Shown here: piece after piece, positions 10,232-18,738 of the stretch
Layout of the letters: every line of letters starts with the position of its first letter
Position numbering within the stretch: the stretch's first letter is position 1
DNA from: a virus
Lineage: Duplodnaviria > Caudoviricetes
Length of the DNA stretch: 53,069 nucleotides
IMG/VR virus record: IMGVR_UViG_3300033145_002955
Coordinates: 1 to 53,069 of that record
Direction: 5' to 3' (one strand)
Translations under genes and position numbers: made by a program
The notes under the pieces: model-generated
Told to the model about the DNA's origin: nothing
The model's input: the letters and a program-made list of their open reading frames with translations, nothing else
Databases searched by the model: none

Positions 10232-10249
10232 GGTAAAGGAGGAATCAAG

Positions 10250-10510
10250 ATGAAAATCATCGTTGAAAAATCCACTAATCTGGTGAAGTATCTGTTTGAT
10301 GATGATGCTGTGCTTGAGATGAAAGAAGACAGCATCGTTACTCCTGATTTCATCATTGCCGACCTGAACACAGCAAACGCCACTTTGATTGAGGATATTG
10401 ACGAATCATCGGTGCCGGCGGATTGGATTGGCAACAAGTACACTTATACCGAAACCGATGGTTGGCAGGAAAATCCCGATTGGGTCGAGCCGATTGAAGA
10501 ATCAGAATAA
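10250..10510 (+). CDS. Small acidic fibre-associated protein
   Basis: SD AGGAGG; PADWIGNKYTY...WQENPDW; follows the RBP gene. Confidence 0.5.
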   Translation: MKIIVEKSTNLVKYLFDDDAVLEMKEDSIVTPDFIIADLNTANATLIEDIDESSVPADWIGNKYTYTETDGWQENPDWVEPIEESE

Positions 10511-10533
10511 TCAAAGTGAAAGGAGCCTGATGT

Positions 10534-10926
10534 ATGGAAAACCCGGGCAACATTTTGATGTGGTTGAAAATCGTTTCTGTGCTTGTTGTCTTGTTTTCCG
10601 CTCTGGTTTCGCTTGTCGGCAGTTATTTGGGCAACAAGTTCGCCGTCAGATACCATGACAAAATCATTGATGGACACACAAATGAATTGACGGAGGTCTT
10701 TAATCGTGTCAATCAATGCGTAACAAAGGACAATTGTCGAGATTGGAGGAAGGAGCACAGGACGGATATTGCCGAAATCAAGCAACAAATTCGGGATGTC
10801 GCTTGTGATGTGAAGAGCATGGAAAACAAGGTTGATGAAAATCACCAGTCATTACAGGCAAGCATAACCGATTTGCAGAGGATGATAATCAGCACGTTGA
10901 AGAGCAACGGGAATAAGACGAAATGA
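10534..10926 (+). CDS. Membrane-anchored coiled-coil lysis protein (holin/spanin-like)
   Basis: One N-terminal TM helix followed by a coiled coil; in the lysis position. Confidence 0.55.
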   Translation: MENPGNILMWLKIVSVLVVLFSALVSLVGSYLGNKFAVRYHDKIIDGHTNELTEVFNRVNQCVTKDNCRDWRKEHRTDIAEIKQQIRDVACDVKSMENKVDENHQSLQASITDLQRMIISTLKSNGNKTK

Positions 10927-11348
10927 AACCGAGCGTTGAAATCATACGGCTTGAAGAGAATTTCAAACACGGCACATTCGGGGTTCTACGGGTGAACAAA
11001 GAGCTTTTTTGCGTCACTTTGGAACCCCGAGATGAAGAAAATAGGAGGAACGTATCGAGCATTCCCGCACAACAATACCTGTGTAAACTGTCTCCAACAG
11101 CGTTACAAAGCGTCCGAAAACTCGGTTTTGAGACAACTTATGAAGTGACAAACGTCCCCGGCCGGAGCGGCATCAAGTTTCACCCGGGCAATACGATCGA
11201 TGATACTGCCGGGTGTATCATAGTAGGAGAGCATTTCGGAAAGTTGGGAAAGGACCGGGCAGTTTTGAATTCCGGGGCAACATTTATCAAGTTCATGCAA
11301 ATGATGGATGGAGCCGATTTCATTCTAACCATACATGAATTTTACTGA
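10923..11348 (+). CDS. DUF5675-like putative cell-wall hydrolase (L,D-transpeptidase-like His/Cys motif)
   Basis: TLE...IPA..Y...VPGRSGIKFHPGN...DTAGCIIVG; flanked by two membrane proteins. Confidence 0.75.
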   Translation: MKPSVEIIRLEENFKHGTFGVLRVNKELFCVTLEPRDEENRRNVSSIPAQQYLCKLSPTALQSVRKLGFETTYEVTNVPGRSGIKFHPGNTIDDTAGCIIVGEHFGKLGKDRAVLNSGATFIKFMQMMDGADFILTIHEFY

Positions 11349-11363
11349 ATGGAGGGCATTATC

Positions 11364-11630
11364 ATGGATGTTGATGGAGTTCTGAAGGTTGTCACCAACC
11401 CGATTGTTCAGGCAATCATCACCGGTGTTGCTGGCATTGCAGTTGCTCAATGGCGGCGATATTCGAAGTTTTACAAGGAGGTCGTTGACATCGGCAGGGT
11501 CTATTTGCAGGCAAGAGACCCCAAATCGCCGGGCGGGAAAAAACTCACCAAGGACGAATATGCCGCTATCGGGAGGGAGATTGTCGATGTCATTCAAGCG
11601 GGGGCTCCCCTCTTCAAAAAGAGGGGATAA
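11364..11630 (+). CDS. Putative holin
   Basis: Single hydrophobic helix, basic C-terminus, SD GGAGG at 11351-11355. Confidence 0.5.
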   Translation: MDVDGVLKVVTNPIVQAIITGVAGIAVAQWRRYSKFYKEVVDIGRVYLQARDPKSPGGKKLTKDEYAAIGREIVDVIQAGAPLFKKRG

Positions 11631-11643
11631 TCATCACTCCTCC

Positions 11644-11682
11644 AAAAGCAAGGGACGGGGTTTTCCCGTCCCTTGTGTTTTT
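11644..11682. terminator. Bidirectional intrinsic terminator between convergent arms
   Basis: CAAGGGACGGG-GTTTT-CCCGTCCCTTG stem with an A-run before and a T-run after. Confidence 0.85.
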
Positions 11683-11685
11683 CCG

Positions 11686-11779
11686 CCGATTTTCCCGACT
11701 ATTTTCGATTTTCTTCTTTACATCAATCTCCCCCCCCCCCCTTCCTAAAACATTTCAGCGCCTTAAAATCCGTTTATCA
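11686..11779 (-). repeat. Bipartite non-coding element, copy 1 (inverted relative to 32393-32481)
   Basis: 11746-11779 is the exact reverse complement of 32393-32426; 11686-11713 matches 32454-32481 at 25/28. Confidence 0.93.
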
Positions 11780-12235
11780 TTAGCAGCAGCATTCATAAAG
11801 GGGCTTGCCACAAATGGAACATATTGTTGAGTTCTGTTTTTTGTATTCCTCCCAGCATCTCTCACAAAAGACTCCGGCAAATCTCACTTCAGCAATCTCA
11901 TCCTTTTTCAGGGATTTGCCACAGGTGGAACAGAAGGTCAAACCCTCTTGCATTGCCAACCGTAGGAACGAAATTGCCCTTTCAGGCGTTTTATTTTTCA
12001 CCACGTTGGACACCGCAATGTTTCCCTTGTCCGTCCAAGCGGCAACAATTCTTGAAGGGCTTTCCCCTTCAAAATGAATCCACAGCACAATCCCATCCTT
12101 CGTTCTGAGCTCTGTATGAGCGTCACCGAAGGCGGGTTTGCCGGTGATTTTGAAGAAACAATCAGCACATACCTGCCCCAAATGAAGAGTTCCGAATAGG
12201 TGATTTGTTTCTCTTCCACAAATTGAACATGTCAT
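11780..12235 (-). CDS. Multi-CxxC zinc-binding protein
   Basis: Five CxxC pairs plus terminal CCs; SD AAGGAG before MTCSIC. Confidence 0.7.
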   Translation of the reverse strand: MTCSICGRETNHLFGTLHLGQVCADCFFKITGKPAFGDAHTELRTKDGIVLWIHFEGESPSRIVAAWTDKGNIAVSNVVKNKTPERAISFLRLAMQEGLTFCSTCGKSLKKDEIAEVRFAGVFCERCWEEYKKQNSTICSICGKPLYECCC

Positions 12236-12272
12236 TGTTCTTTCTCCTTTTATTGGTGGTTGGTGAATTTGC

Positions 12273-12557
12273 TTAAAAGAATGATTCAAAACCAGTTGTC
12301 CAATGATAACCAGTTTTATCCTGTTTTTCTTTTGCATTTTTCCAAATTATTTCTTTCTCTGTCAATTCTTTCATCCTATGCACTTCCCCGTTAGCATCTA
12401 CGAGAAACGCTTGGAATTTTGGGATGTATCCCTTTTCCTTGCATTCATTGAGCAACCGCTTCAATCCATAATTGTAAGAAATTACCTCTCCTGTAGCTTT
12501 GTCAAAAGCCACCTTGTAACCATTCACCTTAATCACTGTGATGATTGCAGTTCTCAT
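12273..12557 (-). CDS. Early hypothetical protein (similar to 14086-14319)
   Basis: SD GGAGG, directly downstream of a strong promoter. Confidence 0.75.
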   Translation of the reverse strand: MRTAIITVIKVNGYKVAFDKATGEVISYNYGLKRLLNECKEKGYIPKFQAFLVDANGEVHRMKELTEKEIIWKNAKEKQDKTGYHWTTGFESFF

Positions 12558-12580
12558 TTTTCATTCCTCCTTGTTGTTTT

Positions 12581-12652
12581 GTCTGTCACCAATAAAAATA
12601 ATATAGGGGTTTAATCCTGTCAAGTCTTTTTTTTGATTATTTGAAAATTTTT
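12581..12652 (-). promoter_or_regulatory. Sigma70-type early promoter, copy 1
   Basis: TTGACA (12618-12623), 17 bp, TATTTT (12595-12600), A-rich UP region; duplicated at 14608-14679. Confidence 0.85.
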
Positions 12653-13151
12653 ACTCAAAGGTTTGTTGCAGTTCCACTTTGATGTCATTGATATGTGATG
12701 CTGGGATACCAATGTATGAAGCTATCAATGGAGCAATGGGAGCATGTTTGTTTTTCATCAGCATGTTCTGTAAACCGGCGGGGAATGTAGAAGCTACCTC
12801 CCAAAATGCAGATGCCTCCTCTGAAAGCTCACTTTTTGCTATAGGATTTTTCGGGTCAGGCATTTCAGGGAGCTCTTCATCGGGCATGAAATCGATTGAC
12901 AAATTCCTTTCGTTCTTTGTGATTGTGAGGAAATGATTTCTTATACACACCGTCAAATAGGTGATAAATTTCGTCTGTTTGTCCTCCCTCCATTTTGAAA
13001 TGCAATGGAGCAATTTGAAGACTGCTTCATCAAAGAGGTCCTCAATTTCAAACGAAATTTGAGGCCAGTTCCGCTTGAATTGAATGCTTTCCTTGTAGAG
13101 CAGATTGTAATACTTCTCGAGCATTTTGTCTTTCCTCATCACCTTTTTCAT
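12651..13151 (-). CDS. Sigma-70 region 2-like protein (phage sigma-like factor)
   Basis: EDLFDEAVFKLLHCISKW...KFITYLTVCIRN resembles sigma region 2; start could also be 13184. Confidence 0.7.
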   Translation of the reverse strand: MKKVMRKDKMLEKYYNLLYKESIQFKRNWPQISFEIEDLFDEAVFKLLHCISKWREDKQTKFITYLTVCIRNHFLTITKNERNLSIDFMPDEELPEMPDPKNPIAKSELSEEASAFWEVASTFPAGLQNMLMKNKHAPIAPLIASYIGIPASHINDIKVELQQTFE

Positions 13152-13196
13152 TGTTTTCCCCTGATTGATTGCAGCAGGTTTCACTTTGTAGCCTTC

Positions 13197-13460
13197 TCAA
13201 TCAACATGACCGCCGAGCAGGCCGGCATCATATACAGCGTCTATATGGCGGCATGTTCTGCGGAATCTGAACCCCTTACAATCACAGGTTTCTCGTTGCG
13301 GGGTTATGCCCTCCGACAATTCAATCTGTACGCGATGAGGTTCGCCATCCGGACGTTTCACTTCAAAAATCCGGGTTACTATCAGGGAACCGAATTCCCG
13401 TTCAATCCGATTTTTCATTCCAATTTCTGTTATTTCCATCTCTTTTTCTGCCGTTTTCAT
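13197..13460 (-). CDS. SWIM zinc-finger protein
   Basis: CDC-KGFRFRRT-CRH motif. Confidence 0.75.
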   Translation of the reverse strand: MKTAEKEMEITEIGMKNRIEREFGSLIVTRIFEVKRPDGEPHRVQIELSEGITPQRETCDCKGFRFRRTCRHIDAVYDAGLLGGHVD

Positions 13461-13474
13461 TTTCTTTTCCTCCC

Positions 13475-13816
13475 TTATTTGTTTTTCCCTTTATAATATT
13501 TATAGGAACCGCCAACCTTTTTGCATGATGTGCATTTGCCGATAGTTACTCCATTCAACCAATTGGCAAATGTAGCATGCAATCTTTTCTTCCCACAACT
13601 GCGGCACCATCCCCATATCTCGGTAATATATATTCCCCGTTCTGTTTTGTAAACTCCGTCTGCCTTTTCAGGGATGGGAGTGTACAGGGAAGCCTCTGGA
13701 AAAATTTCTCTGATTCGCTTTATTTCCTCTTCAGGATTGTGGGGTTCTTTTTCAAATTTGATTGTGATGCTGCCTTTTGCACCATCATCGAATATTCTGT
13801 ATTCCTTGACAAACAT
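13475..13816 (-). CDS. Hypothetical zinc-ribbon protein
   Basis: CRSC...CTSC; SD GGAG. Confidence 0.6.
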   Translation of the reverse strand: MFVKEYRIFDDGAKGSITIKFEKEPHNPEEEIKRIREIFPEASLYTPIPEKADGVYKTERGIYITEIWGWCRSCGKKRLHATFANWLNGVTIGKCTSCKKVGGSYKYYKGKNK

Positions 13817-13817
13817 T

Positions 13818-14024
13818 TTACTCTCCTCCTTTTTTGAGACAATGTAAATGAATAAATTTCCATGATGTGAATTTCATTAGGCCTTTTATAGGATAATATT
13901 TCTCCTCTTGTATAAGACTTGCTACTACCTTTTCTCCGTCATTTATTAGTCTTCCGCAAATCAAGCATCTCCTTCTATGTTTGCTTCGTTTAATATAAGT
14001 TGTAGTGAATTCTCTCATTTTCAT
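13818..14024 (-). CDS. Small zinc-finger protein
   Basis: CLIC...HLHC; SD GGAGG. Confidence 0.6.
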   Translation of the reverse strand: MKMREFTTTYIKRSKHRRRCLICGRLINDGEKVVASLIQEEKYYPIKGLMKFTSWKFIHLHCLKKGGE

Positions 14025-14044
14025 TTTCTTTTCTCCTCCTGTTT

Positions 14045-14073
14045 AAGGGTCCCCGGTTTTGGGGACCCTTTTT
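14045..14073. terminator. Hairpin / terminator
   Basis: AAGGGTCCCC-GGTTTT-GGGGACCCTT perfect 10-bp stem; the T-run lies on the + strand, antisense to local genes. Confidence 0.65.
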
Positions 14074-14085
14074 CATCGCTTTGTT

Positions 14086-14319
14086 TTAGATATAAAGTCT
14101 TCCTAATGTTGTTGATTTCTTGATTCGATAGGTTTCTCCTTCGATTTCGACCTTTTCAGTGCTGAATTGTGTGATTGTTTCAGGGACGTATCCGAGATAT
14201 TTGCACCTCTTTATTGCTGCTTCGATTATGTTATAAAACTCCTCGATGATGATTTTCCCGGTGTTTGCGTCGTAAATAACAAACCTTCCATCTCTAATAT
14301 TAATTGCTGCGGGTTTCAT
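14086..14319 (-). CDS. Early hypothetical protein
   Basis: SD AGGAGG; similar to 12273-12557. Confidence 0.7.
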   Translation of the reverse strand: MKPAAINIRDGRFVIYDANTGKIIIEEFYNIIEAAIKRCKYLGYVPETITQFSTEKVEIEGETYRIKKSTTLGRLYI

Positions 14320-14331
14320 TTGTATCCTCCT

Positions 14332-14583
14332 TCACTTAGTCATGATTTTGTGGATAGCACTAATAATTTTTTCCTTCGCTTTTTCACTGGTATCTGCATT
14401 GAACCAGTTAACCCGATTGTCAACACCAATGACTAACGTTCCCTCTTTCATTGTCAGGGAAGCATCGATGAAATAAAACCTAACTCCAATTTCTCCATCG
14501 TCAAGGTACTTTATAGAGGGACGATGCAGAATTGAAAGCTTCCTAATTTCGTTGATTTTTCTTTCCTTCTCCTCGATTCTCAT
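14332..14583 (-). CDS. Early hypothetical protein
   Basis: SD AGGAGG before MRIEEK; first gene after promoter copy 2. Confidence 0.7.
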   Translation of the reverse strand: MRIEEKERKINEIRKLSILHRPSIKYLDDGEIGVRFYFIDASLTMKEGTLVIGVDNRVNWFNADTSEKAKEKIISAIHKIMTK

Positions 14584-14607
14584 TTTCTTTTTCCTCCTTT
14601 TGTTTTC

Positions 14608-14679
14608 GTCTGTCACCAATAAAAATACATTATACAGTTAATCTTGTCAAGTCTTTTTTTTGATTATTTGAAAATTTTT
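14608..14679 (-). promoter_or_regulatory. Sigma70-type early promoter, copy 2
   Basis: TTGACA (14645-14650), 17 bp, TATTTT (14622-14627); 20-bp and 35-bp blocks identical to copy 1. Confidence 0.85.
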
Positions 14680-14748
14680 TATTCCCTTGACAATCAACGA
14701 TTTAGAACAAATTTTTGCTGAAATTCTGAAAAAATTTTGCTTTGGGAG

Positions 14749-15669
14749 TCAGAGGATTCCGCACTTTTTTACCATTTTTTTGAGTTGTTTTTTCTCAAAC
14801 ATCGAGGCGGGGTCTTCATCATCAGGGAGAAAGCACATTTTCACATGCCCGAAAAATGGCTCCAATTTTCCTCTCAATGTTTCGGCTTCGGCCTTTGCGT
14901 CACCGTCAAGCATGATTGCTATCTCGTGGCTGGGAGGAAAAATTTGGGTTAATCTCAACAATTGTTTGTCCGTCAGAATTTTCCCAAATATAGCTACCGC
15001 CGAAACGCCAACCTCCTGCAATGCCCAGGCATCAAATATGCCCTCACAAATCACAGGAACGAAATCGGTGGATGTCAAATACACGTGTTCATGGACCCTT
15101 GCTCCACGTGGGAATATGTATTTGGGAATGATTTTGTCCGACAGACTTCTCCCGGTGAAGGAGACGAGTTTTTCCCGGGCAAAAATCGGTATAATCAGCC
15201 TTCCCACATAACGTTTTTCAAAGCAGAAACAACATTGATATTTCAGCAGGAGATTTGTGTGGAATCCTCTGTTTTTGATGAAATTGATTGCAGAATTTTG
15301 GAGGGTTTTTGGGGCTTTGTTGAATGGAGTCAATTTTGGGAGGGGAGTTTCTGTTTCTGCTTTTTCAATCGGCTTTTTGTTGAAAATCTTGTCTAACTCA
15401 TTTTTTACGTTTCCTTCACGTATTCCCGAATGCAACAATTGAAATTCCTGCCAGGAAACGCCTTTTGTAACTGCCAAATATTTGAACAGACTTCCTTTTG
15501 CCCCACATTTCCAACATGTATAGTTTCCATGGTCTTTGAAAATGCCGAGATGCTTGTTTTTGTCACCACAAAAAGGACAATCAACACCGAAACACCTTGA
15601 GCTGATGGAGGGGTGGTGTTCAACAAACACCACCCCGTATTTGATGAGTATGTCTTTTACAGAGAGCAC
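14749..15669 (-). CDS. DNA primase (zinc-binding domain + TOPRIM)
   Basis: CPFC..H...CWKC, RLIIPI, ICEGIFDA, MLDGD, DPA. Confidence 0.9.
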   Translation of the reverse strand: MLSVKDILIKYGVVFVEHHPSISSRCFGVDCPFCGDKNKHLGIFKDHGNYTCWKCGAKGSLFKYLAVTKGVSWQEFQLLHSGIREGNVKNELDKIFNKKPIEKAETETPLPKLTPFNKAPKTLQNSAINFIKNRGFHTNLLLKYQCCFCFEKRYVGRLIIPIFAREKLVSFTGRSLSDKIIPKYIFPRGARVHEHVYLTSTDFVPVICEGIFDAWALQEVGVSAVAIFGKILTDKQLLRLTQIFPPSHEIAIMLDGDAKAEAETLRGKLEPFFGHVKMCFLPDDEDPASMFEKKQLKKMVKKCGIL

Positions 15670-16422
15670 TCATGCTTCTCCCATTTCACCCGTCATGACT
15701 GGGACCTGTGGTAGTTGATTCCCGAATCTCGTGTCGATGAAATTGAACAGCCTCTTCTGTTTCATGACAAATTGCCCGGTCATGCTTGTGTCTCTATAAA
15801 TTTGTGTGATGGCTCCGTGAAAGCCAAACAATTCGGTGGCATCATATTCGGGGGAAGCCCCAAATAGCAGGTCATTGAAAACATCCACCTTTGTTCTCGG
15901 AATGACCTTCTCGGCAAGGGCTTCGTATGAGAGGCTTTTTGTATCGTTTACGGACAATTTCACGGAATGCAGTTGTTCATGCCAATCAGTATATCTTTCG
16001 GTCATGGGGATGATTGTGGTGATTCCCCGTTTGACTATCTCGATAAGTTCTTCTTCATCGAGATTTTTCGTATGCCTTCGAAACTCAACAAAATCCCCGA
16101 CCATCATTAGGTTTGAACATGCCCAGGCATGGGTGCCACCACAGATGCCGAAGGAAAAGTCCTTGTTGATTGAGTTTCTCCAAATGATTGTTTGGTCGAC
16201 TTCGCCTTGTTTGGAAATCACATAAACTCCGTATGCCTTTTTTCCATCAACCGACATGGAATATTCCTTGTGATGAACCGGGACAGAAATTTCCTGGAGC
16301 GTTTTCAGCACCGTTTGCACACACATTTTATGTGCTATAGGATGCCACGTTTCGGTCCATTGAGGCATCGGGACGGACATCACTTCGTCTTCCGGCACTC
16401 TGATTTTTTCGATTTTCGGCAT
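15670..16422 (-). CDS. DUF932-like protein
   Basis: WHPIAH...RNS...ACSNLM...RRHT pattern. Confidence 0.6.
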   Translation of the reverse strand: MPKIEKIRVPEDEVMSVPMPQWTETWHPIAHKMCVQTVLKTLQEISVPVHHKEYSMSVDGKKAYGVYVISKQGEVDQTIIWRNSINKDFSFGICGGTHAWACSNLMMVGDFVEFRRHTKNLDEEELIEIVKRGITTIIPMTERYTDWHEQLHSVKLSVNDTKSLSYEALAEKVIPRTKVDVFNDLLFGASPEYDATELFGFHGAITQIYRDTSMTGQFVMKQKRLFNFIDTRFGNQLPQVPVMTGEMGEA

Positions 16423-16440
16423 TTTGTCCTCCTTTTTGGG

Positions 16441-16641
16441 TTACACTTTTGCTTGAAATTTGCCGATTTTAACGTAGGCGATTTTGTCGGCTCCTGTGAA
16501 TCCGTGCTTTTTGTTTAGCTTTTGAGCTTTGCTTGTTGCTGCTTGCAACATACTTTTGATGTTTCTTTGGAATGGGCAAAAGAACCAAAATTTGAAGGAC
16601 CCATCCCGTCTGTAAGCATATATTTTCTTTGTTTTTGTCAT
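16441..16641 (-). CDS. Small basic hypothetical protein
   Basis: 66 aa, Lys-rich, preceded by an AT-rich promoter-like stretch. Confidence 0.55.
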   Translation of the reverse strand: MTKTKKIYAYRRDGSFKFWFFCPFQRNIKSMLQAATSKAQKLNKKHGFTGADKIAYVKIGKFQAKV

Positions 16642-16687
16642 TTCACTTCCCTCTATTTATATTATACTTAATTTTATCAAACCTGTA

Positions 16688-18223
16688 TCATCGTTTCCTT
16701 TTCGTGTTCAAGTAATCGAGCACGGAGTCTATTTGTGATGCCTTGTTTTTCAGTGCTTTGTACAGCACTTCATCAATGGTGCCTTTCATCACGATGTCTA
16801 TGTAGATACAAGGCAATTTTTGTCCCGCTCTGTGAATTCTCCCTTCTGCCTGCTCCCGCAAAATTGCACCGATATATGAGTTGCTGTAAAAAATCACGTA
16901 ATTAGCCTCTTGCAAATTCATTCCCTCTCCACAGGACCTTGGATGGGCAATCAAAACACACATCCCATGATGTTCCTTGAATCCCGTTATTTGGGAGGTT
17001 TTGTCTTTCACTGTTCCATTCACAACAAATGTTGTCAGTCCGATGTCTTTACAGCACGAATTTATCATGGTTGCTTCATGAACATAGCAGTGGTAAATAA
17101 TCGTTTTCCTTTCGATTTGGGACAACACATTTTTCAGTTCTTCAAGCTTCGGATTGTTTTTTACTTCGAAAATTCTCCCTCCGTTGATAATCATTGCCCC
17201 ACCTGTGATTTGTATCAGCTTTTGCGTGTGGAGCTCAACGTTAGCAATTGACAATTCATGCTTGAATAAATCAGTCTCAAAATTATCGAGCAATCTTCGT
17301 TGTTCCTCGGTAGGTTCAACATATCTCGTCTCATATATTTTAGCAGGGAGGTCCAAACAATCCTCCCTTCTGAATGTGATGATATGTTTTTTAGCACTCT
17401 CAAGAAGCAGGCTCCTTGACGTCCGGTCAGGCTTCGGAAATCTCTGCTTGTATTGATGTATTGTCATTCCTCCGTGATGATATGACAAATGCTTTGATAA
17501 ATGACTGTAAAGGCTCCCGCAAATGCTACAGACCCTTTTCGGTTTCCAATCATATTCCCATGGTTCTTTCCAAAAAAAGTGCTTCATAAAATAATAATGG
17601 CTTGTTCCAAACGTTTTCCCGCCGTCTAAAACAAGGAATTGCCCAAAAATGTCTTCCACGTGTTTCGCAATCGGGGTCCCGGTCATCAAGATGGTGTATT
17701 TGCTTCTCGATGCCAGTTGATGAGCAATTTTCGTTTGGAGCGAGGATGGGTTTTTCAAGTGATGACTTTCATCACAAATGACCGCTTCAAAAGCGTATTG
17801 ACGTAGCTTTTTTTCGTCTATCAAGAATTTTCCATTTACTTTATTTCCCCCGATTAATTTCAGTCCTTCATAATTTATCAACAAAAGTTCCGCATTTGCA
17901 TTTAGCATCTTTTCGATTCTTGATTTTTGGGGACCTGATAATGTTGCAAACGTGAAATCGGTTGCCTTTTGAATTTCCTCACTCCACGTCTGAAGCAGGG
18001 AATTCGGGCAAATGATAAGTGCATTTTGGACTCCCCAGCATTTGAGCAAATATAATGCTGTGATTGTTTTTCCGAGACCTATCTCATGATATAACATGAC
18101 ACGTCTTTTCCCGGTGAGAATGACGTGTGCCAGCGTGTACAGTTGATGGAAATAGGGCTTTATTTTGAAGCCACAACCATCAAACAATTGGAGCAGCTCA
18201 TTGTATGTGAGTTTTATGTTCAT
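16688..18223 (-). CDS. SNF2-family helicase with an inserted zinc finger
   Basis: GLGKT, DESH, MTGTP, GEGMNLQ, QAEGRIHRAGQ. Confidence 0.92.
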   Translation of the reverse strand: MNIKLTYNELLQLFDGCGFKIKPYFHQLYTLAHVILTGKRRVMLYHEIGLGKTITALYLLKCWGVQNALIICPNSLLQTWSEEIQKATDFTFATLSGPQKSRIEKMLNANAELLLINYEGLKLIGGNKVNGKFLIDEKKLRQYAFEAVICDESHHLKNPSSLQTKIAHQLASRSKYTILMTGTPIAKHVEDIFGQFLVLDGGKTFGTSHYYFMKHFFWKEPWEYDWKPKRVCSICGSLYSHLSKHLSYHHGGMTIHQYKQRFPKPDRTSRSLLLESAKKHIITFRREDCLDLPAKIYETRYVEPTEEQRRLLDNFETDLFKHELSIANVELHTQKLIQITGGAMIINGGRIFEVKNNPKLEELKNVLSQIERKTIIYHCYVHEATMINSCCKDIGLTTFVVNGTVKDKTSQITGFKEHHGMCVLIAHPRSCGEGMNLQEANYVIFYSNSYIGAILREQAEGRIHRAGQKLPCIYIDIVMKGTIDEVLYKALKNKASQIDSVLDYLNTKRKR

Positions 18224-18724
18224 TCAGCAATAAATCCCGAGAAGGTTCCGTTTTTTCTCATTGACATCCATCCCAAATCCGAAAACGAATTTGTCTTCTA
18301 TAACAAAACACGAATAATCCGGCTGAATATCGTGCTCTCTTCTTGATGGTTTGTCAAGAAGGGTGAATATTTTTAGCATATTAGGTTGAGCGTTCATTAT
18401 CCTTTCAGTGATTTTTTTGATGGTAAATCCGGTGTCGATGATGTCATCTATCAGCAGGATGTTCTTTTTGTAAAGGTCCTTCTTTTGTGGGAACAATGTG
18501 AATGAAATAACCCCGGATGATTCCGTTCCGCTGTAACTTCTCGCTTGTGCAAACAAGACCTCCGTGTTCTCATGCAGGAATGGGAGCAATATCGTTGCTA
18601 TCATGAACCCGCCTTTTAATGTTACCAGTGCTGTAATATCGTCATCAGGCATCTCATCACGAATTTTCTCTGCTTGTTCCTTGATTTTGTCAACTATCTT
18701 TGGGAATGCAATCATTTCCTTCAT
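18224..18724 (-). CDS. hpt: Hypoxanthine/guanine phosphoribosyltransferase-like protein
   Basis: LKGG, SY-loop, PRPP motif LLIDDIIDTGFT, LLDKPSRR, FVFGFGMD...RNL. Confidence 0.88.
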   Translation of the reverse strand: MKEMIAFPKIVDKIKEQAEKIRDEMPDDDITALVTLKGGFMIATILLPFLHENTEVLFAQARSYSGTESSGVISFTLFPQKKDLYKKNILLIDDIIDTGFTIKKITERIMNAQPNMLKIFTLLDKPSRREHDIQPDYSCFVIEDKFVFGFGMDVNEKKRNLLGIYC

Positions 18725-18738
18725 TTTTATCCTCCAAA

